64,000 nucleotides of DNA from Eledone cirrhosa. Taxonomy: Eukaryota. Under the pieces are notes generated by a model. It did no database searches. It saw only the letters and a list, made by a program, of their open reading frames with translations, and had not been told where the DNA came from. Positions within the stretch are counted from its first letter, which is position 1. The number at the start of each line of letters is the position of its first letter. The stretch covers positions 87,978,001-88,042,000 of the forward strand of contig OZ024747.1 of NCBI GenBank assembly GCA_964016885.1, in the 5' to 3' direction. Made by a program: the position numbers and the translations under genes. This document shows positions 52,310 through 64,000 of the stretch, one piece after another.

Positions 52310-52495
52310 TGGTGGTAGATTGGCAGTATTGGTAGAGCGTCGGACACCCTGCTTCATGGTATAGAGTTACGGCCCTTTACGTTAGCTTTGCCTTTCATCC
52401 TTGTGGGGTTGATAAAATAAAGTACCAGTAACACAGTGGGGTCAATTTCATTGACTTCCCCTCCCCTAAAAAATTGTTGGCTTTGTGCGTAAATC
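52310..52495 (+). mobile_element. Meta-domain SINE
   Basis: TTGGCAGTATTGGTAGAGCGTCGG…GCCTTTCATCCTTGTGGGGTTGATAAAATAAAGTACCAG. Confidence 0.8.
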
Positions 52496-52695
52496 ATATG
52501 TATATATGTGTTGTGTTTGTAGAGAAGAAAGGACACTCTCATTTTGTTGTAGATACCTTCCTAATATCAGTGACATGATAAAATGCAGCCTGTCCATGCT
52601 GTAATGTGGTTACTGATAGGAAAAGCATCTATCTGTAAAGATGGACGTAAACTAGGATGATCTATCTATACATATATATATATGCACATATGTGG

Positions 52696-52727
<32 letters not shown>

Positions 52728-52864
52728 GTGGTTACCTTCACAACCCAATGCCTGCTCTCCCACTATGGGATGACACTCTCCTCAGATAAGTTGCATGTAG
52801 CATGCCCCCCATTCTTGTTATTACTTTCCCCATCACTACTTTCTTCTGTCTTCATAGAGTCGTG

Positions 52865-53150
52865 CTTGTGCCATGATAAAATACACTCAGTTCATTCTGT
52901 AATCTGGTTGTGTTGGTGCTATGATAAAAAAAACACCCTGTCTACCCTGTAAGTTGGTAGTGTAGGTGCAACAGTAAAATACCCCCAATACATACTATAA
53001 AATGGTTGGTATTAGGAGGAACATCCAGCCATAGAAACCAAGTCCAAAGGGAATGTATGAGCAATATGTAGTCATGTGATGGGTCTAAAGCATGGCAAGC
53101 TGTCTAACACAGGCAAGCATGGAAAATAGCCATTAAACAGTGATGAAGAT
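52865..53150 (+). mobile_element. RTE-tailed SINE-like repeat
   Basis: Tandem unit plus GGTATTAGGAGGAACATCCAGCCATAGAAACC plus AGCATGGAAAA tail. Confidence 0.7.
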
Positions 53151-53199
53151 ATATATATATATATATATTATTTTTGAATACATACACACCTAAAGTCTG

Positions 53200-53462
53200 T
53201 CTTAAGCCAGAAGGCTCGTTAGGCTGGTACTTATCCCGGTTTCATGGCATAAAGTGACTGAGAGTACAAGACTCTACTCTGGACAGGATGCCAGTCCATC
53301 GTGGGGTTAAACCCACAGCTACTCATTTTCAGCTGAGTATACTGGAGAAATGTGAAATGAAGTGTTTTGCTCAAGAACATAAGACCCAACCCAGCTCAGG
53401 AATTGAACCGACAACATTATGATCGCAAGTCCAACACCCTTAGCACTATGCCATGTGCCACC
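53200..53462 (-). mobile_element. CORE SINE (second tail type)
   Basis: Reverse complement has a tRNA head, TTCTTGAGCAAAACACTTCATTTCAC…CTCAGCTGAAAATGAG and a tail GATGGACTGGCATCCTGTCCAG. Confidence 0.75.
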
Positions 53463-53604
53463 ATGGCTCTATACATGATGATGCTTTGGGATTGTTGGCT
53501 TAGGATGACCCCAGCCTTGTTGAGCAAGAGCAAGAAGACACACCCATGCCACCATGGACTCCTCCCCCCACCTGGAATGTTAAGTGATGATAATGATGGT
53601 GATA

Positions 53605-53797
53605 ATAATTGTTTCTACTTTTGGGCACAAGGCCAGCAATTACCCAGCGCATTACTGGTACTTTATTTTATCGACCCCCGTAAGGATGAAAGGCAAAGTT
53701 AACCTCGGCGGGATTTGAACTCAGAATGGCAAGGGCCGTAACTCTATGCGTCAAAGCATGGCGTCCGACCCTCTACCGATACTGCCAATCCACCGCC
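53605..53797 (-). mobile_element. Meta-domain SINE, short-deletion subfamily
   Basis: Well-preserved head and Meta domain; CTGGGTAATTGCTGGCC junction. Confidence 0.85.
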
Positions 53798-55884
53798 ATT
53801 GGTGATAATAATGAGGACATGTATTTCAGGTAGGTATTTGAATGACATGCACAAAGCTATTCTAAATCAATTGAAACTTGCTTCTCTGTTGGAGAAAAAA
53901 AAGCAAGCCCTAGCGGCAATTGTTATCAACTCTGTTAAGAAAAAGATATATAATTTGAAGCTGACAGCTACTGACATGTTTTTCTCTTAATAAAACTTAT
54001 CAATGAAACACAGTCTTCTTAATCCACTTTGATCAGTGAACATAAATTTTTACAAGTATGAAAATAGTTATAAATAGATTACATAATTACAAAAAGTCAG
54101 CTAAGGGAAATAATTGAAATAGGCCAATGATATGAATTTTAATTATTCAGACATGGGATAGTGCACTGGATTACATACCTAAACACTGTAAAATAGCTGA
54201 TTTTTTTTTGTTTTTTGATGTACTAACTATATAAGCATGTACTTTACTCACAGTTCTCTAAATAACATTACAAATGTGTAAATGACATTATAAATTTAAG
54301 AAGACTCAGGTATATATATAAATGTGTAAATAACATTATAAATTGCTTGCAATTCGTTCAGAAGAACATTACAAATATAATGTCATTGATAAACATAAAA
54401 GAGAGAGAGAAAAAAAAAGGGGGGGGGGGACAAAAACAACCATCAATTCACCACCAAGTGCAACAATTAGCTGCACATCACATCATAAGAGTTAACTAAA
54501 CACTTTGAGGCAAGCCAGTTGGGAAAAGAAAACAAAACTGTAGTGAATATGACACCAGTATTTAATGTACTCTTCTTCAGTATTTCTTTGTTTTCTCTGT
54601 GTGAGCGTAAAGTGCACTAATATATGTATGTGATATTGACTCTACTATAATCCATGTATTAAGTAAATTGTCAGGACTGAATTTATATATAAGATATGTA
54701 GGCTGCAGCCAAGAGTTTCATAATCCAAAGGGCCCTGTCCCATTTTAATCATCATTTATCATCATCATCATCACCATCACTTAACGTCTGTTCTTCCATA
54801 CTGTCATGGGTTGGACAGGTCAACATAACCAAATCAGTACTTAATCAGAGCTACTACACTGTAAGATGGGCCAGGAGCCTGTAGAGTGCACTGGGTTCAT
54901 TTAATTGTTGCATTAGAAGTAGGGCACTCGTCATATCTACAAGAGTCCTCCCTATTCTTTGATAAGCTATGAAGCAGGACATTTTTGTCAAAATTTACAA
55001 AATTAAATACATTTCTCTTTCTTTGAATGTCACTTTTGTTCTTGAGGTTGGCATAGATCACTGCTGGAATCTGAGCATACATAAGCTTACATTGAGGGTC
55101 CCAAATGTTATCTAGCAAAGATCCCCTAGTTGCTTTAATCTGGTCCTATCCTTAGTCATGATACAATACTCATTTTTAGCTTTATGTGCAATTTCTTCTT
55201 CTGAAGTCTTATGATATAGATTAGAAACTAATGTAAAAAAAAAAAAAATATGGCTTACAACAAGATTATTGAGAATAAAAAAATTTTAATCAAATGATTT
55301 CTTGCATATTTAGGCTTTCTTTCTTTTTATAGAACTTTAACTCTATTTAATTATTTCAATCATGTTCATCAGTTAACTCTGAAAGAATTTAAAAGCAGCC
55401 ACAGTTTATGCATAATACACTTTGTATTCTCTGCTAAGATAGGTAATATCTGATTAAAGCCAACCAAACATACAGACATATACAGATACATTGCTATTCA
55501 TTCATATATATTTAAACATATTCACATACACATCTAGATACACAGAGGAAATGTTCTGTGTATGCATATATTATATTTATTTTTGATCATTTCTATGTTT
55601 GGTTGTATTTCATTTCCTTATGGAAGAACACATAATGGCATGTTTTTATCAATTATATGTAAGATTATATATACAACATACCTTCAACCATTTATAACTA
55701 TGTATGTAACATGCAGAAACTTAAAAATCCTGAAGTCTGAATCATAACAAAGATATTATTTTGATATTTGTACATATAGATTGTTTCCAGTATATTTAAA
55801 TATTGTACATATATTTCCATTAGCTCCATCTCAAGATACTTAGTATTATCATAACATTAACATTCATATACCAATAAGATAAAT

Positions 55885-56121
55885 GGTATGGCCATGGAAG
55901 ATGACCACTGGGTGAAGAAGTGCCAAGAAATCCCAGTGGAAGGAAGACGTAGTAGAGGAAGACCACAAAAAGCATGGACGGGGATGGTGAGAGCTGACCT
56001 CAGATTGCTGAAGCTCACAGAAGAGATGAAGAGGGACCGTGACAAATGGAGAGATGCTGTGCTGAAGAGGACCCATCCCATCCTCGCAAGCAGGGAAAAG
56101 CAGACGTAAAATGATGATGAC
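55885..56121 (+). mobile_element. RTE-clade LINE 3' end
   Basis: MEDDHWVKKCQEIPVEGRRSRGRPQKAWTGMVRADLRLLKLTEEMKRDRDKWRDAV, then (ATG)n. Confidence 0.9.
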
Positions 56122-56375
56122 GATACAACGTTGTATATATTGCAAAATTTTAAATTTAATATATTTATGTATGTATCATCAACACCACCATATATGAATG
56201 TATATCACCATCATATATATATACACACATATAGGTGGTAGAGTCGGGATCGAACATTATTTGATCATTACTCGAGCTGACTAATCGGCAGTGAAGCATA
56301 TCTAATATGTAATTAATATGTATATGATGCAATACTCATTCTTTGTTCCCATTTATTATTATTATTGTTATTAGA

Positions 56376-56580
56376 GGGCGGTGAATTGGCAGAATCGGTA
56401 GAGGGTCGGATACCATGCTTTGACGCATAGAGTTATGGCCCTTGCTATTCTGAGTACAAATCCCGCCGAGGTTAACTTTGCCTTTCATCCTTACGGGGTC
56501 GATAAAATAAAGTACCAGTAATGCACTGGGTAATTTCTGACCTTGTGCCAAAAGTAGAAACAATTATTGTTATTATTATT
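56376..56580 (+). mobile_element. Meta-domain SINE, short-deletion subfamily
   Basis: GGCGGTGAATTGGCAGAATCGG…GCCTTTCATCCTTACGGGGTCGATAAAATAAAGTACCAG…(TTA)n tail. Confidence 0.85.
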
Positions 56581-56626
56581 AGTATTATCGGCTCTTGTGG
56601 CCAATAAATTAAATCATTATTATTAT

Positions 56627-56660
<34 letters not shown>

Positions 56661-56725
56661 GTATATAAAAATAAAGCAAGTTTGTTTTTGAAACAGCAAG
56701 TGAAGTTTGAAATAAAGTAGAAATA

Positions 56726-56863
56726 ATAAGCTTACACCGTATTTTGACTAACGAAGTTAATCTGATAATGGAGATCTTTTAAAACCCTTTTTCCATTCAG
56801 AGGGTTTTGAAAAATCCCCACTATCAGACTAACTTCGTTAGTTGAAATATGGTGAAAGCTTAT
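56726..56863. repeat. Diverged inverted repeat (~65-bp arms), probable PLE pseudo-LTR inversion
   Basis: Arms are about 56726-56790 and 56799-56863. Contains GACTAAC-TTC-GTTAGTT-GAAATAT (hammerhead stem II + GAAA, 5' core lost). Confidence 0.7.
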
Positions 56864-56984
56864 ATTTTTTCAAATATACTTCAATTTTCGTATTCGCTCA
56901 TTAGTGCATGCCAATATTACTAGTGGTGGTGTCAAAGACATACCAATTATTCTATCCTTAATTTTGAGTCGTTGAATTTCGACT

Positions 56985-57705
56985 TCAATGATTTGTTATC
57001 CAGTTCCTCCTTTCCTCTTTCTGTAATTAAAACTGCAATCTGATCTTCAAGTGTGCTGGATCAGGAAGCTGGGGGTAATAATTCCTCGTCCCGGTGGAGG
57101 ACTAACCAGGATCTGCCTTCAGGTGGGAAAGCAGATAATTCGATTTCCTGAGCCATCTTGCAGTGACTGGTTGCTCAATAAACAGTTGAGGGAGAAATGA
57201 AGTTCAGACACACCATGGCCAAGACTCTTTGCAATTGCAATGTAAGAAATACTTGCTTGTTGTACTGATAGTTTCTCCTGTTTCCACATGGCTTTTTTAG
57301 CAGTGATTTTCAGGGGTAGTGCTGACTTAAAGATCCCATCATCGTCATCATTAATAACTGAGCTGGATGATGAACTTTCAAGAGCTACTTTCTCAGATAC
57401 CTTCATTCTGTTTTCACTTTCTTACTTTCACACCATGAATCTTCTTTTCCTTCTTCTGAATGGCTCTCATATGTTCTGCATTGACACCAGCCAAGAATGA
57501 AGACATTTGGTCTTTCTGCTGTATCTCAAGAAAAGCTTTGTTTTCAGGTAGGACCTCCTTTCATTTGAGAACGTCTTGGCTTGTAATGTCAATAATATTT
57601 TCAATATCACTTTTCATATCTCATGCTTTGCAATTGCTTATTCAGTCATCCTTGATTTTTCTTCTTTCAGTCTTTCATACTCCTTATACAATTTCTTGAT
57701 TGAAT
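56985..57705 (-). mobile_element. Decayed hATm-like (hAT-related) transposase N-terminal fragment
   Basis: IKKLYKEYERLKEEKSR…DIENIIDITSQD…ENKAFLEIQQKD…LAGVN…AIAKSLGH…LVLHRDEELLP…EDQIAVLITERGKEEL resembles the HWDGKLL…DR(I/L)xV family. Confidence 0.6.
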
Positions 57706-57713
57706 GGAATTCA

Positions 57714-57778
<65 letters not shown>

Positions 57779-57781
<3 letters not shown>

Positions 57782-57900
57782 AACCACAAACCCTTCATCT
57801 CAATTTTACTTTTGAAAAGCATAAGAACTGTGAAACCGGTAAAGGAAATAAATTAATATTCTTAAAAAGTCTCCAGTTGCATTTTCGATTTCTTTTCCTT
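57779..57900 (+). mobile_element. Second copy of the U3-A8 hammerhead PLE pseudo-LTR
   Basis: ACTT-TTGAAAA-GCAT-AAGAA-CTGT-GAAA-CCGG-TA-AAGG at 57808-57845; flanks are homologous to 36935-37070. Confidence 0.7.
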
Positions 57901-58419
57901 ATATATATATATATATATATGCTTGTGTATGTGTGTATGTATAATTACTATGCATACATCAATAAAAATATACATGTATAAGGACTATAGACATATATTG
58001 GAATATCTTCAGACATTCACATTCATGCACCACCATACAATTCCACACATGTACATACTCTTACATATACAAGGATATAATAACAGCTGTTACATAATTC
58101 ATAGATCATGAGATTTTGTTTCCCAAAGAAGGAATCTTGAAAGCTCTAGAACTTTCCAACCATTCCTACGTCAGCAGTTTAGAAAATTCATTATCATGAC
58201 ATATCAGTTCTAGCTAATCAATTCTTTTGTTCATTCTCTCTGCTTTCTTCTCTTTCCTTCTCTGTGATAAGTGAGCATTATTCCGAAATCAATATACAAA
58301 ATAATTGTGGACAGTTTAACTATATAATCTGATATTTAGTCAAGAGATGTCATACTGTCCTGACTAGTAAGGTGTCAACTTCCATGATTGAAGATTACCA
58401 TCTAAGGGAGAGACTAGTG

Positions 58420-58535
58420 GGAGTAAGGCAAGAGTGTGGCTTAGTGGTTAGGGTGTTGGAATCACAATTGCAAGCTTTGGGTAGTGCATTAAATTCTTGA
58501 ACAAGATACTTCATTTCACAGTACTTTTCATGATT
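58420..58535 (+). mobile_element. CORE SINE 5' part
   Basis: TGTGGCTTAGTGGTTAGGGTGTTGG…TTCTTGAACAAGATACTTCATTTCAC. Confidence 0.65.
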
Positions 58536-58539
58536 AGAC

Positions 58540-58800
58540 TGGGGCGTCCTATCATTAAAGACAGTGACAGGAGCAAGGATCAACCAGGAATAGTCAGTGG
58601 GCATGTGACTCGGCACCTGGAGAGGTAGGTCCATGCCAACCAACAGCATCATCGGGTGCTGGATAGATGGACTCATTAAATTACTAGGGGTCTAGTTTGG
58701 TCTGGACCATCAGATGGACAAAAACTGGGACGAGATGATGTGCAGACATGCTTTAAGGCTACAACATGTCCAGCTTTTTTTGGACAGTGAATAGGTGTGG
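58540..58800 (+). mobile_element. Tx1-clade LINE RT fragment with internal deletion
   Basis: VTGARINQE*SVGM*LGTWRGR…IKLLGV*FG…KNWDE joined to MMCRHALRLQHVQLFL (compare MMRKHALRLRHLQVFL at 50.63 kb). Confidence 0.75.
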
Positions 58801-59028
58801 ATTGGCAGTATTAGTATAGCATCGGACACCATGCTTCGCGGCATAGAGTTACGGTTCTTTACGTTCTGATTTCAAATCTCGCTGAGGTTAGTTTGGCCTT
58901 TCACCCTTATGGGGTCCATAAAATAAAGCACCAGTAATGCACTGGGTTGATTTAATCGACTTTCCCCCTCCCCTTCAAATTGCTGGCCTTGTGCTTAAAG
59001 TAGAAACAATTATTATTATTATTATTAG
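58797..59028 (+). mobile_element. Meta-domain SINE, full-length type
   Basis: Head, Meta domain, GATTTAATCGACTTTCCCCCTCCCCTTCAAATTGCTGG segment and (TTA)n tail. Confidence 0.85.
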
Positions 59029-60386
59029 TCTGAGTGAGTAATCGAATTGATAGAGTGCAGGATAATATACCTTATAGTATTTAGTTACATACCTTTACAT
59101 TCTAAATTTAAGTCCTGCCAAGGTTGAATTTCAGTGTATAACAAGTGCTGTGGTACTTGGCAAATGAGATCTTGGCCTACTTTTAGCCTAGTTGTATGAT
59201 AGAGAGGGCTTGGAAAAAGTATTAATATTAAAATTTCTCTTTTTCACACTATAATTCTTAATCTTAATACAAAAGTAAGAAATCATCATCATTATTGTTA
59301 GCCATTTATTATGTCATCCATCCACACAAAATATAATTATATATTTCCCATACTTAGCCTCTTAATGTTAAGAGGCTATTTTGTCTATAGTGATCAACCT
59401 TCTGAAAATTAGCTTAATTTAGTGGTATATATTTTAATATATTATAAGGAAGCAGGTTACCAACTTGCTGCTAAGGTATAGGAGAAAAAAAAAGAAGAAA
59501 AGAGCAGTTATGTTAATTGTTCAGCCTAACAGTACACAGCAAATGGTGTATGATGTAATATTTCTTTAAATACCTTCCACCACCATCTGTTTTGTTGTCA
59601 ATGTTTATTCAGAAATCTTCTATTTCTGTTTTGCTCTTTGATGCATTTATAGGATATATTAATCACATACTACATTGATTAGCTCACAAATACTGAGCTG
59701 CTTAAAACCTTCATCTAGAAACTCTCTGCTGGGCTATTTTAAACCTTTTTTTCCTTTAGAAGCTCTGAACTTTTTCTTCTTCTAATAGATATTATAACAT
59801 ATGTTTAATAAAAGAATATAAAAAAACTTCACAATGCAGGTGACTATACCTTTGTGGGTGATATGTCTGTCAAAATTGTGATATTTAATTGTGATATTTA
59901 ACAGAAGAGCTCACTGAATCTGTCAGATCCCCAGTTTTTACATATCAGCTAAGTATTTTCTTTATGTCATTTTAACCCTATTGATGCCCAACTCCCTATG
60001 AAACAAACTGTCCATTTAAAAGAATCTTTATTTAATGGTTCTATGAAACAAACTGTTCATTTTAAAGAGTCTCTATTTAATTTAAAACATAACAACATTA
60101 TTTAATATAAGAATCTTTTTTATTAAGTTATGTTATAAATACCAGGCATTTCATTAGAAATATTGTTACAGAAGAGTTAATTCTAGTTGGATCTAGATCA
60201 AAAGTGAGGAACCTTTTTTGTGATGCCATGATGATGGACATATCTGTTCTGAGAAAAATAATAGCTCTTTCATTTTGCAAATTCATAAGTATGTAACATG
60301 TAGTAAATTACTATTTTAAATGCAGGTGAAGTTGACTAAATAACTCATACATTGGTAATATTTTCTTGCGTTTTTTCTTTATATAC

Positions 60387-60663
60387 AAATGAAATAATTG
60401 TTTCTATTTTTGGCACAAGGCTAGCAATTATCCCAGTGTATTACTGCTACTTTATTTTATGAACCCCGTAAGGATGAAAGGCAAAGTTAACCTTGGCCTT
60501 TCATCCTTACGGGGTTGATAAATGAAATAATTGTTTCTACTTTTGGCACAAGGCCATCAATTACCCAGTACATTACTGGTACTTTATTTTATCGACCCCG
60601 TAAGGATGAAAGGCAAAGTTAACCTTGGCCTTTCATCCTTACGGGGTTGATAAATGAAATAAT
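60387..60663. repeat. Tandem ~132-bp duplication of a fold-back Meta-SINE fragment
   Basis: Two units, each ending in the hairpin ACCCCGTAAGGATGAAAGGC-AAAGTTAACCTTG-GCCTTTCATCCTTACGGGGT. Confidence 0.9.
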
Positions 60664-60711
60664 ACAGGGTAATGAGGCCTTGCTGAGTACATGACAACCT
60701 TTCTAGTGACA

Positions 60712-60935
60712 GTGCCATGATAAAATGTGCCCACTATACTCCGTAAAGTGGAAGTACTGTTGCGTTTATAAAATGCATCAAATACACACTGTAAAGTGGT
60801 TGGTATTAGGAAGAGCATTCAGCCTTAAAAACTATGTCAAAATATGGACTGTATGAGCAAGGCATGGTATCCAGACAATCTTGTCTCACACAATGACAAG
60901 CCATGGAAAGTGGACATAAAATGATGTTGATGATG
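60712..60935 (+). mobile_element. RTE-tailed SINE-like repeat
   Basis: Tandem unit, GGTATTAGGAAGAGCATTCAGCC and CATGGAAAGTGGACATAAAATGATG. Confidence 0.7.
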
Positions 60936-60937
60936 AT

Positions 60938-61356
60938 AATAATGGTTTCTGATTTAGGCACAAGGCCAGCAATTTTGGAGAGGGGAGAATGCTGATTAAA
61001 CCGACGCCAGTGCATGACTGGTACTTTATTTTATCAACCCTGAAAGGATGAAAGGCGAGGCAATCTTGGCGGGATTTGAACTCAGAACATAAAGAGCCAT
61101 AAATTCTATGCTGCAAAGCATGGTGTCTGATGCTCTACCGATTCTGCCAATCAACTGCCCCTGATGATAATTGTTTCTACTTTAGGCACAAGGCCAGCAA
61201 TTACCCAGTTCATTACTGGTACTTTATTTTATCGACCCCGTAAGGATGAAAGGCAAAGTCAACCTCGGCGGGATTTGAACTCAGCTCGTAAAGGGACGTA
61301 ACTATGCTGGAAAGCATGGCGTCCGACCCTCCACCGACTCTGCCAATCCACCGCCT
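60938..61356 (-). mobile_element. Two tandem Meta-domain SINEs (full type 60938-61160; deletion type 61168-61356)
   Basis: Both show GGTACTTTATTTTATC…GGATGAAAGGC…GGGATTTGAACTCAG…CTGCCAAT on the + strand. Confidence 0.85.
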
Positions 61357-62299
61357 TGTCCCTGATGATAATAATGATGACAACTTGCATGCCCATCTCA
61401 ATACCAAATACACAAATTTAAATTCATACAAATTAAAAAGAACATAGAGATTAAGGTATATTTATAGATATGTAGCATTACAAGTAAAAGAATCTTTATT
61501 GGCTACAGGAGAAATTTAATCCTTGAGTAAGTTAAACATTTCCTGAAGAGTGCCTACAGGGGAAATTCATTCTCACATTGACATTATTAAAAGAAAAGGA
61601 AAGACTGTCAGAGATTTGTTAATTTATTTTCTATATTTTTCCCAACTAAATGTGACATCTCAGTGAGATACATGGCAGCTGAAGAATATTTATTTCTACA
61701 TTTATTTGGGCAATCCTATTTCCAGTATGATGTAAATTATCAGTTAGGATGATAACAGCGCCATAAAAAAAGAAGCCATTTTGTGCATGTTCCTAGATTT
61801 ACAAGTTTCAGAGTCAAGGTTGATATGAATTAAATTGTATTGACTAACAGGAAGAATATTTAATGTTGCATTGCTCTCTTAATTAAACAGTCAGTAAATG
61901 TATAGCTTCAATGATCACTAAAGGGGCAACTGACAAAGTTTTCAGCATAAAATATATTGTTTAAATTCTTGACTTTCTTTGCCATAGCTGTACTAAAAAA
62001 ATCCAGGAGAGTTAACATCGTACAAATGAGTTACAATAAAACACATTTTTTATTAGAATACACATGAGCATTTTAAAGTCATTTTCCTTGCTAAAGCAGG
62101 AGTTAGTCTTGTGGGCCCCATGACAGGCTGGTTCCATATTCATTATGGGGTTCTTTTTAGGGAAATATTTTACAGTTAGAGGTTCTACCTGGTGCCAACC
62201 CTTCTAGATGCCGCTTCTGACATGCAGGAATATAGTGTACCTATTCTAAACCAGATACAGCACTTTTTAAATTTGAATCTCCAGTTGATATTGTGTCTA

Positions 62300-62740
62300 A
62301 TTAACCTGTATGCTAAATTCCTTGCTATGGTAATTGTTAATCCTAACTTTGCTGACTGCTTCCTTATACATGGTTTGTACAGCCTTCACAAGCCACTCAT
62401 CTACTCCTAGTTCTCTAAGAGCCCACTAGATTATGGCATGGGGCACTCTGTCAAAATCTTTCTCCAGATCAACAACTGCTAGGTAGAGCGTCTTACTTTT
62501 GGCTAGGTATTTTTTCTGTACTGCTTCACCAGGAAGAGAGCATCTGTGGTACTTTTGCCTGGTACAAATCCGAACTGCATCTCATCTAGATTTACCTGAT
62601 CCTTAATCAGCTGTGCTATAACTCTTTCTGTTACTTTCATGATCTGGTCCATCAACCTGATGCCTCTATAGTTTCCTGTATCTTGTGCATCTCCTTTACC
62701 TTTGTAGCAGTTGACAATGATGCTGCTGTGCTAATCATTC
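62300..62740 (-). mobile_element. RTE-clade LINE reverse-transcriptase fragment
   Basis: IIVNCYKGKGDAQDTGNYRGIRLMDQIMKVTERVI…DEMQFGFVPGKSTTDALF…VVDLEKDFDRVP…WALRELGVDEWLV. Confidence 0.9.
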
Positions 62741-62742
62741 AG

Positions 62743-62767
<25 letters not shown>

Positions 62768-62773
<6 letters not shown>

Positions 62774-63150
62774 CAAGGGCGATTTGTTAAGTCTTCATTA
62801 TGTTTATTGATTGGTGATGTGCATTTCGCTATTTATCAGCACAAGGTTCAATCTGTATCGATCTGACCCAGCTCTGGAATCAAAAGCTCATTGGACCCCT
62901 GCTGTTGTAATGACAGCAGAGGTCCGATGAGCTTTTGACCCAGAGTTGGGCCAGATCAATATAGATTGAACATTGAGCTGATCAATAGCGAAATGCGAGT
63001 CACCAATCAATAAACATAATGAAGGCTTAACAAATTGTCCTTGTATTATTATATTACACCCTGTTTAGCTCTACACCTCGCCACTGACATGAACCTAAAC
63101 CTTGAGTGCTCACTTGGGTGAACCTACAGTAACTTCATGTTACACTCCCT
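62768..63150 (+). mobile_element. PLE pseudo-LTR with inverted partial copy (~140-bp arms) and hammerhead-like motif at 62921-63004
   Basis: Arms 62768-62907 and 62911-63049, flanked by (TA)n. GGT-CCGATGA-GCTTTTGA…TCAATAGC-GAAA-TGCGAG-TC-ACC, then AATAAA. Confidence 0.7.
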
Positions 63151-63182
63151 GGATATATATATAAATATATATATATATATGT

Positions 63183-63315
63183 GCAGCAAATTGGCAGAGT
63201 CGTTAGAATGTTGGATAGAATGCTTTGCAGTATTCGTTCCAGCTTTCTACTCTCTGAGTTCATCCTTTCGAGATCGATAAAAAAAAGTACCAGTCTAGTA
63301 CTGTGGTCGATTTTT
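63183..63315 (+). mobile_element. Meta-domain SINE fragment
   Basis: TTGGCAGAGTCGTTAGAATG…TTCATCCTTTCGAGATCGATAAAAAAAAGTACCAG. Confidence 0.7.
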
Positions 63316-64000
63316 CCTCTATATCTCTTTCTCATTCCCTCTCTCTCACTTTCTATCTTACTCTGGAGGAAATCTGCTGTACTCAGGCCTGGAGATGGTT
63401 GAGCTCTGCCAGGCTTAAAATGCCCAAGAAATGCTGTATATCAATACGGCGCCCCTATCAGGAGTAACATATATATATTTAAATTTGGAATTTATCAAAG
63501 TCATCATTGCACAGAACCAACACGAGTCTATGTATCTGAGACCACCCGATCAACACTCAATGATACTCAAAATGAATCCATTGTCTCATAGTGACAACAT
63601 AGACAGCATGTAGAATCCAGGTAAAAAATAACAACAATAAATACCCAGGAATATTATATATATATGAGACTTGTTGCTTGCAATATATCACTTATAGCAA
63701 TTTATTTATCTATTTGTTTATTTATTTATTTATTTAAATTCTATTTGGCACCTTGTCAATAGTTGTATTTCAAAGCCGCAGGAAAGCTGCTATTCATTAT
63801 CAGGCAACAGGTATTTCATGCAAATATTCAACATAAATGTTTCTTGCCAGTTTATATGTTTTAATACTAAGATAATGGAAACTATTGAATATTCTTGCTT
63901 TGTTTGCATGTTTATATATAATTGATTTGTAACACATTAGCGATTGGTCCAATGATGGAAATCAGCAGCTAAACAGTGATGTGGTTGTTATTCCAAGTCC

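Noticed and set aside
54897-55118. 73-aa minus-strand ORF in unique-looking DNA
   Set aside because: No recognisable motif or splice support; length compatible with chance.
63360-63630. Possible plus-strand exon ending CAG|GTAAAA
   Set aside because: Candidate frames contain stops and there is no recognisable product.

Overview
AT-rich, repeat-saturated eukaryotic (animal) DNA. The SINE, MITE and microsatellite repertoire looks like an octopus or other coleoid cephalopod genome; this is an inference from repeat families, not a verified assignment. No confident host gene is visible. About 20 kb (4.1-24.2 kb) is a single G/T-strand satellite built from ATTGTT(GGT)3-5, and the giant ORFs in the track are a by-product of it. 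The rest is a mosaic of transposon relics: an internally deleted mariner with 103-bp TIRs, a Gypsy gag remnant, RTE and Tx1 LINE fragments, a hATm-like transposase fragment, TTAA- and TA-target MITEs, and tRNA-derived Meta- and CORE-domain SINEs. The most notable layer is a set of Penelope-like element (PLE) pieces, mostly embedded in (TA)n tracts and often arranged as long inverted repeats. They carry several distinct minimal hammerhead-ribozyme motifs: one family with a compensatory U3-A8 core, one with a CCGAYGA core and extended stem II, and near-canonical copies at 47.4-47.7 kb. Coordinates of decayed elements are approximate; all structures were read by eye.
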